From positions 32,001 through 96,000 of the forward strand of contig JAOPTT010000001.1 in assembly GCA_051531975.1 (NCBI GenBank): DNA of 64,000 bases, given 5' to 3'. The notes under the pieces are model-generated. The model was not told the DNA's origin. It searched no databases and saw only the letters and a list, made by a program, of their open reading frames with translations. The position numbers and the translations under genes are program-made. Source of the DNA: Spirochaetaceae bacterium. GTDB lineage: Bacteria; Spirochaetota; Spirochaetia; DSM-2461. This document shows positions 29,644-40,908 of this stretch, one piece after another (positions within the stretch are counted from its first letter, which is position 1; each line of letters starts with the position of its first letter).

Positions 29644-31876
29644 AAATAAAATTCTACTACTTTTATTGCCTCCAATATTTATAGGATTTTTGACTTTAAC
29701 ACTATGGGCCGGACAGTTGGCAAAAAAAAATGTATATACAAATAGTAAAGAGCTAATTTCTCTATACTTAGATAGTGCAATTAAAGATAATATAAATAGG
29801 CGTATAGAGCTATTATCTACCACTGGGTTAGATAAAGTTGAAAACTATGTAAATCATTATCAGATGGAAGTTCTAAATGAATTTAAGGATATCAGTGCAA
29901 ATACTAATCGTAATTATTTTGTTATTGATGGTAATAATAAAGTATTAGAACCTACAAAATGCCCAGAAGGAACAGATTGTTTAGATTGGGGAAATGTCAG
30001 TGCCGAGTATGGTTTAAAGAAATCAGATAATGACAATATTTATTATGGATACAGATACGTAGAAAACTGGAACTGGTTTGTATTTGTTACAATCCCTGAA
30101 AAGCATTTAATAATTAATATAGATGAAATTAGAGGTTGGGGTCTTCTAATTGGAATAATTATATTAATTCTTATTTTTTTAATGATATATTTTTTATCTT
30201 TTAAGATACTGTCTGAGCCTATTCAAAAACTAATAAGTGCATCAAAAACGGTCAAATCCCACCAACATCTTCTTAAGCTAAATATCAATAGTCATGATGA
30301 ATTTAACGTTCTGGCTAGATCAATAGAAGATATGGCTCAATCTATAGAAGTTAATTCGAAAGAATTAAAAGATAGAGAAAAAAAATATCGACAGGTAATA
30401 GCAACAACTTCAGACGGATTCTGTTTTGTTGATCAAACTGGAAACATTATTGATGTTAATGATTCATATATTAAACTCTCTAGATTTACCCGGGATGAAC
30501 TTTTAAATACAAAAATATGGGAACTTGAATCAATTTCTGATGGTAATAGTTTAAAAAATAGACTGTTTGAACTGCCACTTAATGGGAATGTGCTCTTTAT
30601 ATCAAAACAGAAAGATAAGGATGGAAATGAGTGGATTGCTGAGATTAATCTAAGTTCAAATTCTGATGGGGATAACTCTTATTATATTTTTTTCAGAGAT
30701 ATAAGTAAAAGGATTTTAGAAGGATTGGAAAAAGAAAAATTACTAAAACAGCTGGCTCAAAAAAATAAGATGGACGCTGTTGGTCTATTGGCAGGTGGAA
30801 TCGCCCACGATTTTAATAATATTCTAGGAGTTATCATTAATTCTGCAGAACTATTAAAAGATAAAAATAATAATGAAGACTGTAATGTAATAGATCTTAT
30901 TTTAAAATCATCTTTTAAGGCATCAGATTTAACCAAAAAATTAATGGCTTTTGGTAAAAAAAGTAAAATAAAATCATCAAGTATCGATATGCATATTATT
31001 TTAACAGATCTTATTGGAATATTAGATAGTACTATCGATAAAAAAATAAATTTAAAAGCAAATCCAGATGCAAAACAACACATAATTTATGGTGATTTAT
31101 CAGATATTCAAAATGCTATTATGAATATATCAATCAATTCCTCCCACGCTATGGAACAGGGAGGATGCATTGAATATACAACTGGTAATAAGATCTTTAA
31201 AAATATATATACATTAAACAATGATTTTGATTTAAATGCTGGAGAGTATTTTGTTTTAGAAATCAAAGATAATGGAAAAGGAATATCTAAAGAAAATATT
31301 GGAAAAATATTTGAACCATTTTTTACAACTAAAGAACAGGGGAAAGGAACTGGACTTGGTTTAGCAGCTGTATATGGAATAATGAAAGATCATGGTGGAG
31401 GTCTTAATGTTCAGAGTGAATTAGGAGTAGGAACAACTTTTACTCTGTATCTTCCATCTACTACTGGAGAAGTCATTATCGAAAAGAAAAACGGAGATAA
31501 GATTCTTGGTAAAGGAACAATACTTTTAGCTGAGGATGAAGAGTTATTAAGAGAAATAAGTAAGGCTGTTCTTGAAAACCTGGGATATAGAGTGATATTA
31601 GCAAAAAATGGAAAAGAAGCAACAGAAATATATAAAGAAAAAAAAGATGAAATTGATCTTGTTTTATTGGATATGACAATGCCTATTATGAATGGGAAAG
31701 AAGCTTTAATTATAATAAAAAAGATAAATCCTGGGTCTAAAATAATTATGGCGTCAGGATTCATGAGAGATGAAAGTCTAGATGAATTAAAAGAATTAGG
31801 TTTGGCAGCATTTATACCAAAACCATATAAGTTAACAGAACTAAGTTTGCTTCTAAGTGAACAAATGAAAAGTTAG
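29633..31876 (+). CDS. Hybrid histidine kinase (HAMP-PAS-HisKA-HATPase-REC)
   Basis: LAGGIAHDFNNIL, FEPFFTTK...GTGLGL, LLAEDE...LLDMTMP. Confidence 0.92.
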   Translation: MKIRNKILLLLLPPIFIGFLTLTLWAGQLAKKNVYTNSKELISLYLDSAIKDNINRRIELLSTTGLDKVENYVNHYQMEVLNEFKDISANTNRNYFVIDGNNKVLEPTKCPEGTDCLDWGNVSAEYGLKKSDNDNIYYGYRYVENWNWFVFVTIPEKHLIINIDEIRGWGLLIGIIILILIFLMIYFLSFKILSEPIQKLISASKTVKSHQHLLKLNINSHDEFNVLARSIEDMAQSIEVNSKELKDREKKYRQVIATTSDGFCFVDQTGNIIDVNDSYIKLSRFTRDELLNTKIWELESISDGNSLKNRLFELPLNGNVLFISKQKDKDGNEWIAEINLSSNSDGDNSYYIFFRDISKRILEGLEKEKLLKQLAQKNKMDAVGLLAGGIAHDFNNILGVIINSAELLKDKNNNEDCNVIDLILKSSFKASDLTKKLMAFGKKSKIKSSSIDMHIILTDLIGILDSTIDKKINLKANPDAKQHIIYGDLSDIQNAIMNISINSSHAMEQGGCIEYTTGNKIFKNIYTLNNDFDLNAGEYFVLEIKDNGKGISKENIGKIFEPFFTTKEQGKGTGLGLAAVYGIMKDHGGGLNVQSELGVGTTFTLYLPSTTGEVIIEKKNGDKILGKGTILLAEDEELLREISKAVLENLGYRVILAKNGKEATEIYKEKKDEIDLVLLDMTMPIMNGKEALIIIKKINPGSKIIMASGFMRDESLDELKELGLAAFIPKPYKLTELSLLLSEQMKS

Positions 31877-31926
31877 ATTCGATATGAAAAAAATAATAGT
31901 ATTAACTTTCAATTATAAAACAGAAA

Positions 31927-31950
31927 AACCCCTGCTTTAAACCAGGGGTT
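31927..31950. terminator. Intrinsic terminator between convergent genes
   Basis: AACCCCTG-N8-CAGGGGTT hairpin flanked by an A-tract. Confidence 0.7.
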
Positions 31951-31968
31951 AACTAATATATTAACTAG

Positions 31969-32406
31969 TTAGAAATCATAACTTGCTGTAAACAAGTTTC
32001 TACCAACGATCATATAAGTATACTCTATCTCACCTTTAACTAATTCCGATTTTAATAGGTCAGTAATTAAAGATTCAACATCCACATCATCATCTTCATC
32101 TGCATCTTCGTCTGTATCATCATAGTCATAGTCATCTAAAACACTATCCATATCATCAAGAACATCTGAAGATACATTTCTAAGATCTATACCTGCAGCT
32201 AAATATTCTGCAGAGACTGGGTAATCAGCATGACCTGTAAATACTGATATAATACTATCGCTTGGGTAAACTTGTTTCTCTCCAACAGTTTCATAACTTA
32301 TTCGACTCTCTGTAGTTCTAATAGATCTTGTTAAATCCTCTGATGTACTATTTGCAAAAAGTCCTACTGACATAACTGCTAACATTGTTAAAATAATTCG
32401 TTTCAT
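31969..32406 (-). CDS. Secreted acidic hypothetical protein
   Basis: Signal peptide, Asp-rich tract DDYDYDDTDEDADEDDD; RBS AGGAG. Confidence 0.7.
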   Translation of the reverse strand: MKRIILTMLAVMSVGLFANSTSEDLTRSIRTTESRISYETVGEKQVYPSDSIISVFTGHADYPVSAEYLAAGIDLRNVSSDVLDDMDSVLDDYDYDDTDEDADEDDDVDVESLITDLLKSELVKGEIEYTYMIVGRNLFTASYDF

Positions 32407-32593
32407 ATAACGCTCCTAATAATTCTGTGGTTATTTCCTAACCATCGAATATAAGTTACTCCGAAATATAATTTCATGGGTTAAGTCTTGTTTAAATGAA
32501 ATATAAAGGTAAGTTAAATGTTTTTGGATAAATTTAACCTCGATTTAAACTTGTTTATATTGAAAATAGTTTAATAATAAACACAATTAAATA

Positions 32594-34204
32594 ATGAGAC
32601 TAAATCTACAACGATATATTATATATGTTGCACTATTAACAGTAACTATTTTATTCATAGCGCTATATATATATGTAAACAGAGACATAGAAGAGAACAA
32701 AATAAAATCTGGGAGGCTTTTAATAAATACAGTCTTATACGAGATAAAAGATATACAAGGGGAAATAATGAACTCTTTTGAAGAGTTTTTAGATTCTAGT
32801 AGAGATTATACTGAAACAAACAGTGACATTGAGTTCGAAACATTATATAAACAGTATAATTCTATGATAAATAACAGCGTTTTAAAACAAATAGTTAATT
32901 CTATTAGTTATGTAGAAATTGGTGAAGAGATAAAATATCGTAGTATTTTCCAAGGTGACTTAAAGTTTAACTTTCCACAAGATATGGAATTGTCGTTAAG
33001 AAACCTAAGAAGACATAGAGAACAATTATTTATAGAAAACTATATTGGAACATTCATTTTCCCCTTAACTCCTACTGAAAACAATGAATATAAAGCAATT
33101 TTAATTACGATGTCATATGAGCAACTGATTAAAGATAACCTATTAACACAAGTAAATAAAAATATATTACCTGATTTTATTGTGGAGCTAAAAAGAGGTC
33201 GTAATATTAAGTCTGATGATTTAATAAAATATGATCAAGTTTTTAATCTTAATAAAATTTTTAACTTAGAAAAGAGAGATGACTATTATAGAAGGGTTCA
33301 AGGTATTTTTAAAGAAGATTCACTAACAATAACAGAGCAAGATCTCTACCTTCTATGCAGCCACAGATCAGGGAGTATTGAAAAATATTATAATAACAAA
33401 AAAGTTTTATATATTATTGGTATAGGTATTTTATATGTAACGATTATATTTTCATTATTATATATTTATCTTTATGGGATTAATTTAAAACGTAATATAG
33501 ATAGAGAGAAAGAATTTACAGCACTTATTTCCCACGAATTAAAGACCCCTCTAAGTGTTATAAAGTTAGGTTCAGACAATATAAAAAGTGGAGTAATTAA
33601 TGATCCTGATGGTATTAAATATTATGGAAAACTTATTAGTGATGAGTCTGTAAAGTTAAGTAAAATGATTGATAACATTTTAAATATTTCCACAAATAAT
33701 TGGAATAATAAAGATGTAATTATGACTTATATAAATATAGAAGACGTTCTAAACAAAACAATTGTTAATCTTAGGCCAGTTATAGAAAGCAGTAAAACGA
33801 ATATAATTATAAACAATTATTTAAAGGATGATTCACTATATTGCCATTCAGAATCAATAATGTCATGCCTGCAAAATATAATTGATAATGGTATAAAATA
33901 TGGAGTAAAGAGATCTGAAAACAAAGACCTTTTTATTACAGTAAAAGATACAAAAAAAGGGAAACAAAAGGGTATTTCGTTTATTATTCAGGATTTTGGA
34001 CCTGGAATTAAGTCAAATGAATGGGGTGATATATTTAAGAATTATCGTCGCGGGAAAAGTGTAATTAAGGAACAAATCCCTGGTTCTGGACTTGGATTAG
34101 CTATAACCAAAAGGGTAATAGAAAAGTTTAATGGATCGATACATTTTCATAAAACATTAAAAAAAGGTGCAACCTTTGAATTATGGATACCAGAGAGAAA
34201 GTGA
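32594..34204 (+). CDS. Sensor histidine kinase
   Basis: ISHELKTPL, NIIDNGIKY, DFGPGI, GSGLGL. Confidence 0.9.
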   Translation: MRLNLQRYIIYVALLTVTILFIALYIYVNRDIEENKIKSGRLLINTVLYEIKDIQGEIMNSFEEFLDSSRDYTETNSDIEFETLYKQYNSMINNSVLKQIVNSISYVEIGEEIKYRSIFQGDLKFNFPQDMELSLRNLRRHREQLFIENYIGTFIFPLTPTENNEYKAILITMSYEQLIKDNLLTQVNKNILPDFIVELKRGRNIKSDDLIKYDQVFNLNKIFNLEKRDDYYRRVQGIFKEDSLTITEQDLYLLCSHRSGSIEKYYNNKKVLYIIGIGILYVTIIFSLLYIYLYGINLKRNIDREKEFTALISHELKTPLSVIKLGSDNIKSGVINDPDGIKYYGKLISDESVKLSKMIDNILNISTNNWNNKDVIMTYINIEDVLNKTIVNLRPVIESSKTNIIINNYLKDDSLYCHSESIMSCLQNIIDNGIKYGVKRSENKDLFITVKDTKKGKQKGISFIIQDFGPGIKSNEWGDIFKNYRRGKSVIKEQIPGSGLGLAITKRVIEKFNGSIHFHKTLKKGATFELWIPERK

Positions 34205-34896
34205 TGAAAAAAGTTTTAATGATAGAAGATGATAAAGGTATTAGTAGAGTTGTTGGTGACAGATTAAAAGCTGAAGGATATGATTTTTATCCTGTTTATA
34301 CAGGGAATGCTGGAATGGAGAAAGTTCTAACAGAAGAGTTCGATATTCTGCTGGTTGATCTTATGTTACCTGGTGTTAGTGGGTTTGATGTAATAAGAGA
34401 GATAAGGTCCAGAGGTAATCATACACCAATAATTATAACTAGTGCTAAGTTTCAAATGAGTGATAAAGTCTCGGGTCTTAGGTTAGGTGCAGATGATTAC
34501 ATTGTAAAACCTTTTGAATTTGATGAACTACTAGCTAGAATTGAAGCCCAAATTAGACGTAAAAGCTACAATGAATTACAAACTGATATTGTAGAAGAAA
34601 AAAATATATCTTTTGATGATTTTGTCATAGATTTTAAAAATTGTAATCTACAAAAAAATGGTACCCAGATACCACTTTCAAAAATAGAATATAAGTTATT
34701 ATCATACCTGACTTTAAATCCAGATAGGGTTATATCAATGGATGAGCTCATTGAAAAGGTTTGGGGATATGAGACTGTAGTATCAACAAGAACAGTTTAT
34801 GTACACATAGCTTGGCTTAGAAAAAAATTGAAAAGTGATAGAGTAATAAATAGGATCAGGACTGTTAGAGGAATAGGTTATCAGTTTATCTTGTAA
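34204..34896 (+). CDS. OmpR-family response regulator
   Basis: IEDD, VDLMLPG, GADDYIVKPF, VHIAWLRKKL, TVRGIGY. Confidence 0.93.
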   Translation: MKKVLMIEDDKGISRVVGDRLKAEGYDFYPVYTGNAGMEKVLTEEFDILLVDLMLPGVSGFDVIREIRSRGNHTPIIITSAKFQMSDKVSGLRLGADDYIVKPFEFDELLARIEAQIRRKSYNELQTDIVEEKNISFDDFVIDFKNCNLQKNGTQIPLSKIEYKLLSYLTLNPDRVISMDELIEKVWGYETVVSTRTVYVHIAWLRKKLKSDRVINRIRTVRGIGYQFIL

Positions 34897-34911
34897 TTAC
34901 TAGTTATATAA

Positions 34912-37900
34912 TTATTCTAATTCAGATATCAATAATTCAATTATTTTTGATGCATCCTTCATTTTATATCGACCTAATAACTTTTGAACTTCTATTATTT
35001 TTGTTCCTGTAATTTCTGGTAGTTCAAATAATAAAATTGAGTCTAAAAGATCTATAGCTGGTTTAGGTTTTCTTTCATTTAGATGCTGAACAGCCTCTCT
35101 AAGTTTTAAGATTAAGAATCCAGTGTTTATTGGTTCCTTCAAAATTATATCTGATGAATCGTTATCAATTTCTAGATTCTTATTAATTGCACTAATAAGA
35201 CTATTTATTTCATCTTTAGCCAACAGTAGATTACTTGAAAGGTCATCACCATTATTAATATCTATCTCAATATTGGCCATTAGTTTTTGTAATTTATTAG
35301 CCCCAAGATTTGCTGATATGCCTTTAACGGTATGGGCTTCCCTAATAGCTTCCTCAATTTTGTTGTTTCCACATAGAGTAGTAATTTTTTCCGTTACATC
35401 TGAATATTCATCGGCAAACTGTCTTAGTAGTTTTTTATATAATTTCTGATTATTCCCAAGCCTAAGCAAACCAGAACTGGTGTCTATTCCTTCTATTTGA
35501 GGAAATTCTATATTTTCAGAGGATTTTTCTCTGGTTTTAAATCCTGAAGGTAATTCTCTATCTCCAGGTTTGATCCAGGAACTAAGTGCTTGCCAAAGTT
35601 GATCTAGGTTTATTGGTTTTGTTACATAGTCGTTCATGCCTGCTTTTTTTACTTTATCTTCGACACCAGTCATTGCATCAGCTGTCATTGCTATAATAGG
35701 TATGTCATTTTTATTTAGTTCTGTTCTTATTCTTTCTGTAGCTTCAAAACCATTCATATTTGGCATCTGTAAGTCCATAAAAATAAGGTCATAATCTTTC
35801 TTTTGAACCATATCGCAAGCTATTTTACCATCATCGGCAATATCAATAACAAAACCTTCTGATTCAAGTAATTCGACTGCTACCTGCTGATTTATTTTAT
35901 TATCTTCTGCAAGAAGAATAGTAGCACCTCTAATTGAGTTTAAAAGTTCAGATGGTATAACATTGATTTTTTTCTTATCAATATTTGATTCATCAACAAC
36001 TGCACATTTTAAAGTGAAATAAAATGTACTACCAACTCCAAGTTCACCTTTTACTCCAACAACTCCACCCATTAATTCAGCTAGTCGTTTAGAAATTGAA
36101 AGCCCTAAACCAGTACCTCCATATTTTCTTGATGTGGAAGTATCAGCTTGAGTAAATGCTTTAAAAAGTTTTTTCTGTTGATCATCAGATAGACCTAAAC
36201 CTGTATCAGAAACACTAAACTTTAATTCAGCAACGTTGTCTTCCATACTAATAAGATTACAAGAGATTGAGATGTCTCCTTCGTCAGTAAACTTTAGTGC
36301 ATTACTAACAAAATTAATAAGAATCTGACCAATTCTTAATGGATCTCCATTTACATAGAGTGGAATATTTTTATCTTTTTCAATTCTTAAATTTAATCCT
36401 TTTGCGCGAACTTTATCACTTACTAAATTGAGTAAATTATCAAATATACTCTCTATTTCAAAGTCTATTTTCTCTATATCCATTTTTCCAGCTTCTATTT
36501 TAGAAAAATCAAGAATATCATTTATAATTCCTAGTAAGCCAGTTGCAGAATGACTAACTTTATCTACATAGTCGGTCTGCTTTTTATTTAATTCAGTTTT
36601 TGTAAGAAGATGATTCAAACCAATTATAGCATTCATTGGTGTCCTAATCTCATGGCTCATATTTGCAAGAAAATCACCCTTTGCTTTTGTTGCAGACTCT
36701 GCTTCTTCTTTTGCAATATGTAACTCTTCGAAGAGTCTAACATTTTTAATTGCAACACCTGCTTGAGTAGCAAATGCTCCACCCATTCTTGCATTATCTT
36801 CGTCATAAAACCCTATCTCCTGTTTATCCAGAGTCAATTTACCTATAACTTCATTGTTATATATTAATGGAATACCAAGCCATGATCGAGTTTTACTGTT
36901 TTTTGATAAATTATCAAATTCCGGAAGTTCATGTATATCATGAACAAAAAGTGGCTTCTTTTCTGCATATATTCTCTGGGTTTGAGTCCCTTCATAAAGT
37001 GGAAATCTTAATCCAAGTATGTTATCAGTAGGACTAAAACCTTCTGCATATATTATTTCAAAACCATCATCTTTTAACTCTTGAATAGAAGCACTGTCAT
37101 ATGGAATAACCTGCTTTAGTTTTTTAAGAATAGTACTAAGTAACTCTTCGAGGTCAAATGTATTCCCTAAAGTTAAGGATGTTTCATAAAGTATATTTAC
37201 TTGATTTAGAGCTTTTGTTAATTTTTGTTCAGCAGTTTTACTCTCTGTGATATCCCATGTGACACCTATAAAGCCTATAGGATTTCCTTTTATATCTTTT
37301 TGAACATTTGCCATAGATTGACAATACCTTATATCATTGTTTGGCGATTGTATTCGGAACTCTACATTATATTCCTTTATCCCACTTAATGCCTCTTTTC
37401 CGACTCTATCAATAGTTATTAAGTCGTCTGGGTGTATACGTTGGTTCCACAACTCTTTATTATCGAGACCATTAGGATTATCGCCAAACATTTCTAATGT
37501 TCTTTCATCCCAAATTCTTTCATGAGTCTCTGGATAATACTCCCATACAGCGATTCCTCCAGCATGGGTAGCGAGAGAAAATCGTTCCGACTTTCTTCGA
37601 AGCTCCAGCTCAATTTTTTTGAGTTCTTCCTCACTCTCTTTCTTTTTTGTTATATCCTCTTGAATAGAAATGAAGTGTGTTAGTTCATTATGTTCATTTT
37701 TAATTGATGAAATTAATATAGAGTTCCAAAAAAGATCACTATTCTTTTTTTTATTTAAAACTTCGCCATGCCAATCTTTTCCGTTTAGTATAGAGTCCCA
37801 CATTGATTTAAAAAATGATTTATCATGATAACCTGAATTAAGTATACTTGGATTTTGTCCAATAGCTTCTTCTTTTGAAAACCCAGTTAAGTCTAAAAAC

Positions 37901-40900
37901 TTCTGATTAACATATTCAATATTCCCCAATTTATCAGTAATAATAACAATAGCAGGTCCCTGCTCTATGGCAACATTCAATTTCCTTAAAGTAATTTCTG
38001 TTTTTTCTTTTTGGGTAATCTCTCTTGATAACTCTTTTGTACGTTTAGCAACTACATCTTCTAGGTCATCTTTAGCGCTAAGTAGAACTCTATTTGTACG
38101 ATCGCCTAAAATAAATAGCAATAAAATTGCACCTATTAACAAAAAGATAGTAACTGCCAGAATTATGAATACAGTTGATCGTATAGAATAAAATGAACTC
38201 AGGGCTTCACTTTCATCAATTTCTGAAATTATTCCTAATCCTATATCAGGAGACCAAAGACCAGCTCCATATACAAAAACCCCTCTATAATCCCTATACT
38301 TGGAGGTCAAGGCTACAATATTTGTATGTTTATGTTCTTCATTATAATATTCAGGTTTATCCTTTATATCTAATAACTGTGAAGTAATATTTGTATATGA
38401 AGTATCTAATGTATCTGGTAAAAGTCCTTTTTTATTTTGAAGATTAACACCAGGATCTAAAACAATGATATTTAATGCTGAAGTCTGGGAATCTTTAAGA
38501 AGACCTATTTCAAATAGATCTTTTTCAAAACGACTTTTTGACATTAATATTCCATTCTCATTTATGGCATAGATATCACTTGATTCACGAATTGCAGAAA
38601 ACTGTAATATATCAGAAAATTCATCCGATGGGTCAATTCGTATTGTGTATACTGATATAACTTTACCATCTTCCTGGGTTACAGGACCCATAAAAAACAT
38701 AGTATCAGGATTTTGTTCGTTTTCTGTACCTATAACTTCAAGTAATGATACATCAGATTCAATTGGTGGAACAAAAAGAACCTCTCCCTCAAAAGCTCTT
38801 TTTAACAGATCAGGATTTACTTTCCCAATAATGTTACTTGTTCCTATATTGTTATTTCGTTTTGATCCAATACTAATATTATCAGGATTTATTATAAAAA
38901 ACCCTATATTGGGAAAATCTATCTCTCTATTTTCAAAAAAAGAACGTATATTTTTGAGTGCTAAAGATGAAAGAAGACTTTCGCTTGATGATTCTTCTTT
39001 TAATAACTGTCTTACTAATTCGATAAGTTCTTGATCTCTGCCTAAGTTTTCCAAGTCATCTTTCTTTTGAGAAATCCAAACGTTTAGACGGTTTTCTGCA
39101 TTCTCTAATGAGATTTTAAGATTAGATTGAGTTTCAAGTATAATTTCATTTTTATTTCGTGTTAAAAGTATACTTCCAAATATTAATACTATTGATATAA
39201 TTAAACTGAGGCTTATTAAAATTATTAGTCGTAGTCTATTAGAACTGAAATTTAGTATAATATTCCTATTTTTTGTTTTCTTCAGTATTAACCAAAAACT
39301 TAAAGTTAACAGTATAAATGTTATTATTATCCCGACTATTATATTTGAATAAGAGTTTTCTTCTATTATTAAGTTTTCATTAGAATTAGATTTATTTGCT
39401 TCAGACTGAAGTAACCACTTCTGTTGTATCTTTTGTATCTGCTGGGGAGTAACTACGTCCATTGCTTTTTTTAATGCTGAATGTAATAGAGGATAATCAT
39501 TTCTGATACCAATATTTAAGTTTTGTAATTCAATATCACCAATACCTGAATCCCCAGAAAACCTTAAATTCGTTAACATATTACGATTGATAATGCTGTA
39601 GACCACTGCTGATTCTCCAAAGGCAGCATCTGCTTTTCCAACAGAAACAGCTTTAAGACACTCAAGAATATTTTGAAGCCGTAGTTGTTTAATCTGGGGA
39701 TATTCTTTAGTTAAGATTTCTTGGTAAAAAAAACCTTCTGGTATTGCAACAGTTTTATCATAGAGTTCTTCAATAGAATCAAAGGGATCTTCTTTAGTAC
39801 TAACAATAACATTAGGGTTTTTTGCATATGGTTCTGTAAACAAAATATATTTTTGTCTATCTTCTGTCTTTACAATATTTAACATTACATCAAGTTCTTT
39901 ATTTTTAATCATATTTAGGAATGTATTCCAACTTGGTCCCGATTTATATTCGACCTTAATACCTAGAATTTCAGATAGTAGATTCATATAATCAATAGAG
40001 AAACCTTTAGGTTCTCCATTTTCATAAAAGTTATATGGTGGCCAATCCTGCTCATTATGTACACCAATAGTAGAATGTTCTCTTAAAAACTGCTTCTCTT
40101 CAATACTTAGGGAAACACTATTATTGTTTTTATATCCAAGCCATTTAGTTCTAATTTTACTTAATTCAAATTCAGAGATAGATTTCATACCCTTATCTAA
40201 TATTCTTCTAAAAATGTCCCAATCTTTTCTTACACCGATATGAGTTGCTATAGGATCATCTTCTCCTACTCCTAATGTTCCTTTTGCATGTAAATTTGTA
40301 ATTAGCAGTTGATCTAAAAAGTAGTTAACAACAGGCATTAAATCCAACATTGCATCTGCGGTTCCATTTGAAACAGCAAGAAGAGCCTCTTTTGTATCTA
40401 ATACTCTAATTAGTTCTACTTGTGGGTGATCCTTAAAATATTCTTCAAAGAAAAATCCTTTTGGTACTGCAAACTTTTTCCCATATAACTCTTCTACACT
40501 ATTTATAATTGGATAATCTTTACGAGTATATAAACCAGGAGCAAATTCAAAATAAGGTTCCGTAAAATTTACAAACTTTGATCTCTCTTCCGAATATGCA
40601 ATATTTAAAATCAGATCAAGCTCTCTGTTTTGAATCTGATTTATGAAATCATTCCATGAAAAACCATTTATAAATTCTATTTCAAATCCTATTTTATCTG
40701 CAAGTAGAAGAATGTAGTCGATTGAAAATCCCTGGGGTATATCATTTTTATTAAAATTAAATGGTGTCCAATCCATCTCGTTTGAAACTTTTATTTTAGT
40801 GTGCTCTTTTAACCAATTTTCTTCTTCAAGAGTTAAATTAATAGGTTCACAAACTAGGTTTGTTAATAGATATAAAAACAAAACTATAAAAAACAATACT

Positions 40901-40908
40901 TTTTTCAA
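34912..40908 (-). CDS. Large hybrid sensor kinase (2x PBPb, Cache-like, 2x PAS, GAF, HisKA, HATPase, REC, HPt)
   Basis: LANMSHEIRTPMN, GGTGLGL, LLAEDNKINQ, MDLQMP, AHTVKG; two PBP family-3 repeats at the N-terminus. Confidence 0.92.
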   Translation of the reverse strand: MKKVLFFIVLFLYLLTNLVCEPINLTLEEENWLKEHTKIKVSNEMDWTPFNFNKNDIPQGFSIDYILLLADKIGFEIEFINGFSWNDFINQIQNRELDLILNIAYSEERSKFVNFTEPYFEFAPGLYTRKDYPIINSVEELYGKKFAVPKGFFFEEYFKDHPQVELIRVLDTKEALLAVSNGTADAMLDLMPVVNYFLDQLLITNLHAKGTLGVGEDDPIATHIGVRKDWDIFRRILDKGMKSISEFELSKIRTKWLGYKNNNSVSLSIEEKQFLREHSTIGVHNEQDWPPYNFYENGEPKGFSIDYMNLLSEILGIKVEYKSGPSWNTFLNMIKNKELDVMLNIVKTEDRQKYILFTEPYAKNPNVIVSTKEDPFDSIEELYDKTVAIPEGFFYQEILTKEYPQIKQLRLQNILECLKAVSVGKADAAFGESAVVYSIINRNMLTNLRFSGDSGIGDIELQNLNIGIRNDYPLLHSALKKAMDVVTPQQIQKIQQKWLLQSEANKSNSNENLIIEENSYSNIIVGIIITFILLTLSFWLILKKTKNRNIILNFSSNRLRLIILISLSLIISIVLIFGSILLTRNKNEIILETQSNLKISLENAENRLNVWISQKKDDLENLGRDQELIELVRQLLKEESSSESLLSSLALKNIRSFFENREIDFPNIGFFIINPDNISIGSKRNNNIGTSNIIGKVNPDLLKRAFEGEVLFVPPIESDVSLLEVIGTENEQNPDTMFFMGPVTQEDGKVISVYTIRIDPSDEFSDILQFSAIRESSDIYAINENGILMSKSRFEKDLFEIGLLKDSQTSALNIIVLDPGVNLQNKKGLLPDTLDTSYTNITSQLLDIKDKPEYYNEEHKHTNIVALTSKYRDYRGVFVYGAGLWSPDIGLGIISEIDESEALSSFYSIRSTVFIILAVTIFLLIGAILLLFILGDRTNRVLLSAKDDLEDVVAKRTKELSREITQKEKTEITLRKLNVAIEQGPAIVIITDKLGNIEYVNQKFLDLTGFSKEEAIGQNPSILNSGYHDKSFFKSMWDSILNGKDWHGEVLNKKKNSDLFWNSILISSIKNEHNELTHFISIQEDITKKKESEEELKKIELELRRKSERFSLATHAGGIAVWEYYPETHERIWDERTLEMFGDNPNGLDNKELWNQRIHPDDLITIDRVGKEALSGIKEYNVEFRIQSPNNDIRYCQSMANVQKDIKGNPIGFIGVTWDITESKTAEQKLTKALNQVNILYETSLTLGNTFDLEELLSTILKKLKQVIPYDSASIQELKDDGFEIIYAEGFSPTDNILGLRFPLYEGTQTQRIYAEKKPLFVHDIHELPEFDNLSKNSKTRSWLGIPLIYNNEVIGKLTLDKQEIGFYDEDNARMGGAFATQAGVAIKNVRLFEELHIAKEEAESATKAKGDFLANMSHEIRTPMNAIIGLNHLLTKTELNKKQTDYVDKVSHSATGLLGIINDILDFSKIEAGKMDIEKIDFEIESIFDNLLNLVSDKVRAKGLNLRIEKDKNIPLYVNGDPLRIGQILINFVSNALKFTDEGDISISCNLISMEDNVAELKFSVSDTGLGLSDDQQKKLFKAFTQADTSTSRKYGGTGLGLSISKRLAELMGGVVGVKGELGVGSTFYFTLKCAVVDESNIDKKKINVIPSELLNSIRGATILLAEDNKINQQVAVELLESEGFVIDIADDGKIACDMVQKKDYDLIFMDLQMPNMNGFEATERIRTELNKNDIPIIAMTADAMTGVEDKVKKAGMNDYVTKPINLDQLWQALSSWIKPGDRELPSGFKTREKSSENIEFPQIEGIDTSSGLLRLGNNQKLYKKLLRQFADEYSDVTEKITTLCGNNKIEEAIREAHTVKGISANLGANKLQKLMANIEIDINNGDDLSSNLLLAKDEINSLISAINKNLEIDNDSSDIILKEPINTGFLILKLREAVQHLNERKPKPAIDLLDSILLFELPEITGTKIIEVQKLLGRYKMKDASKIIELLISELE

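Noticed and set aside
20856..32531. TTATCCAAAAACA at 20856, 27446 and inverted near 32519 as gix/hix-like or DnaA-like sites
   Set aside because: Half-sites only, with no dyad partner, and plausible by chance in AT-rich DNA
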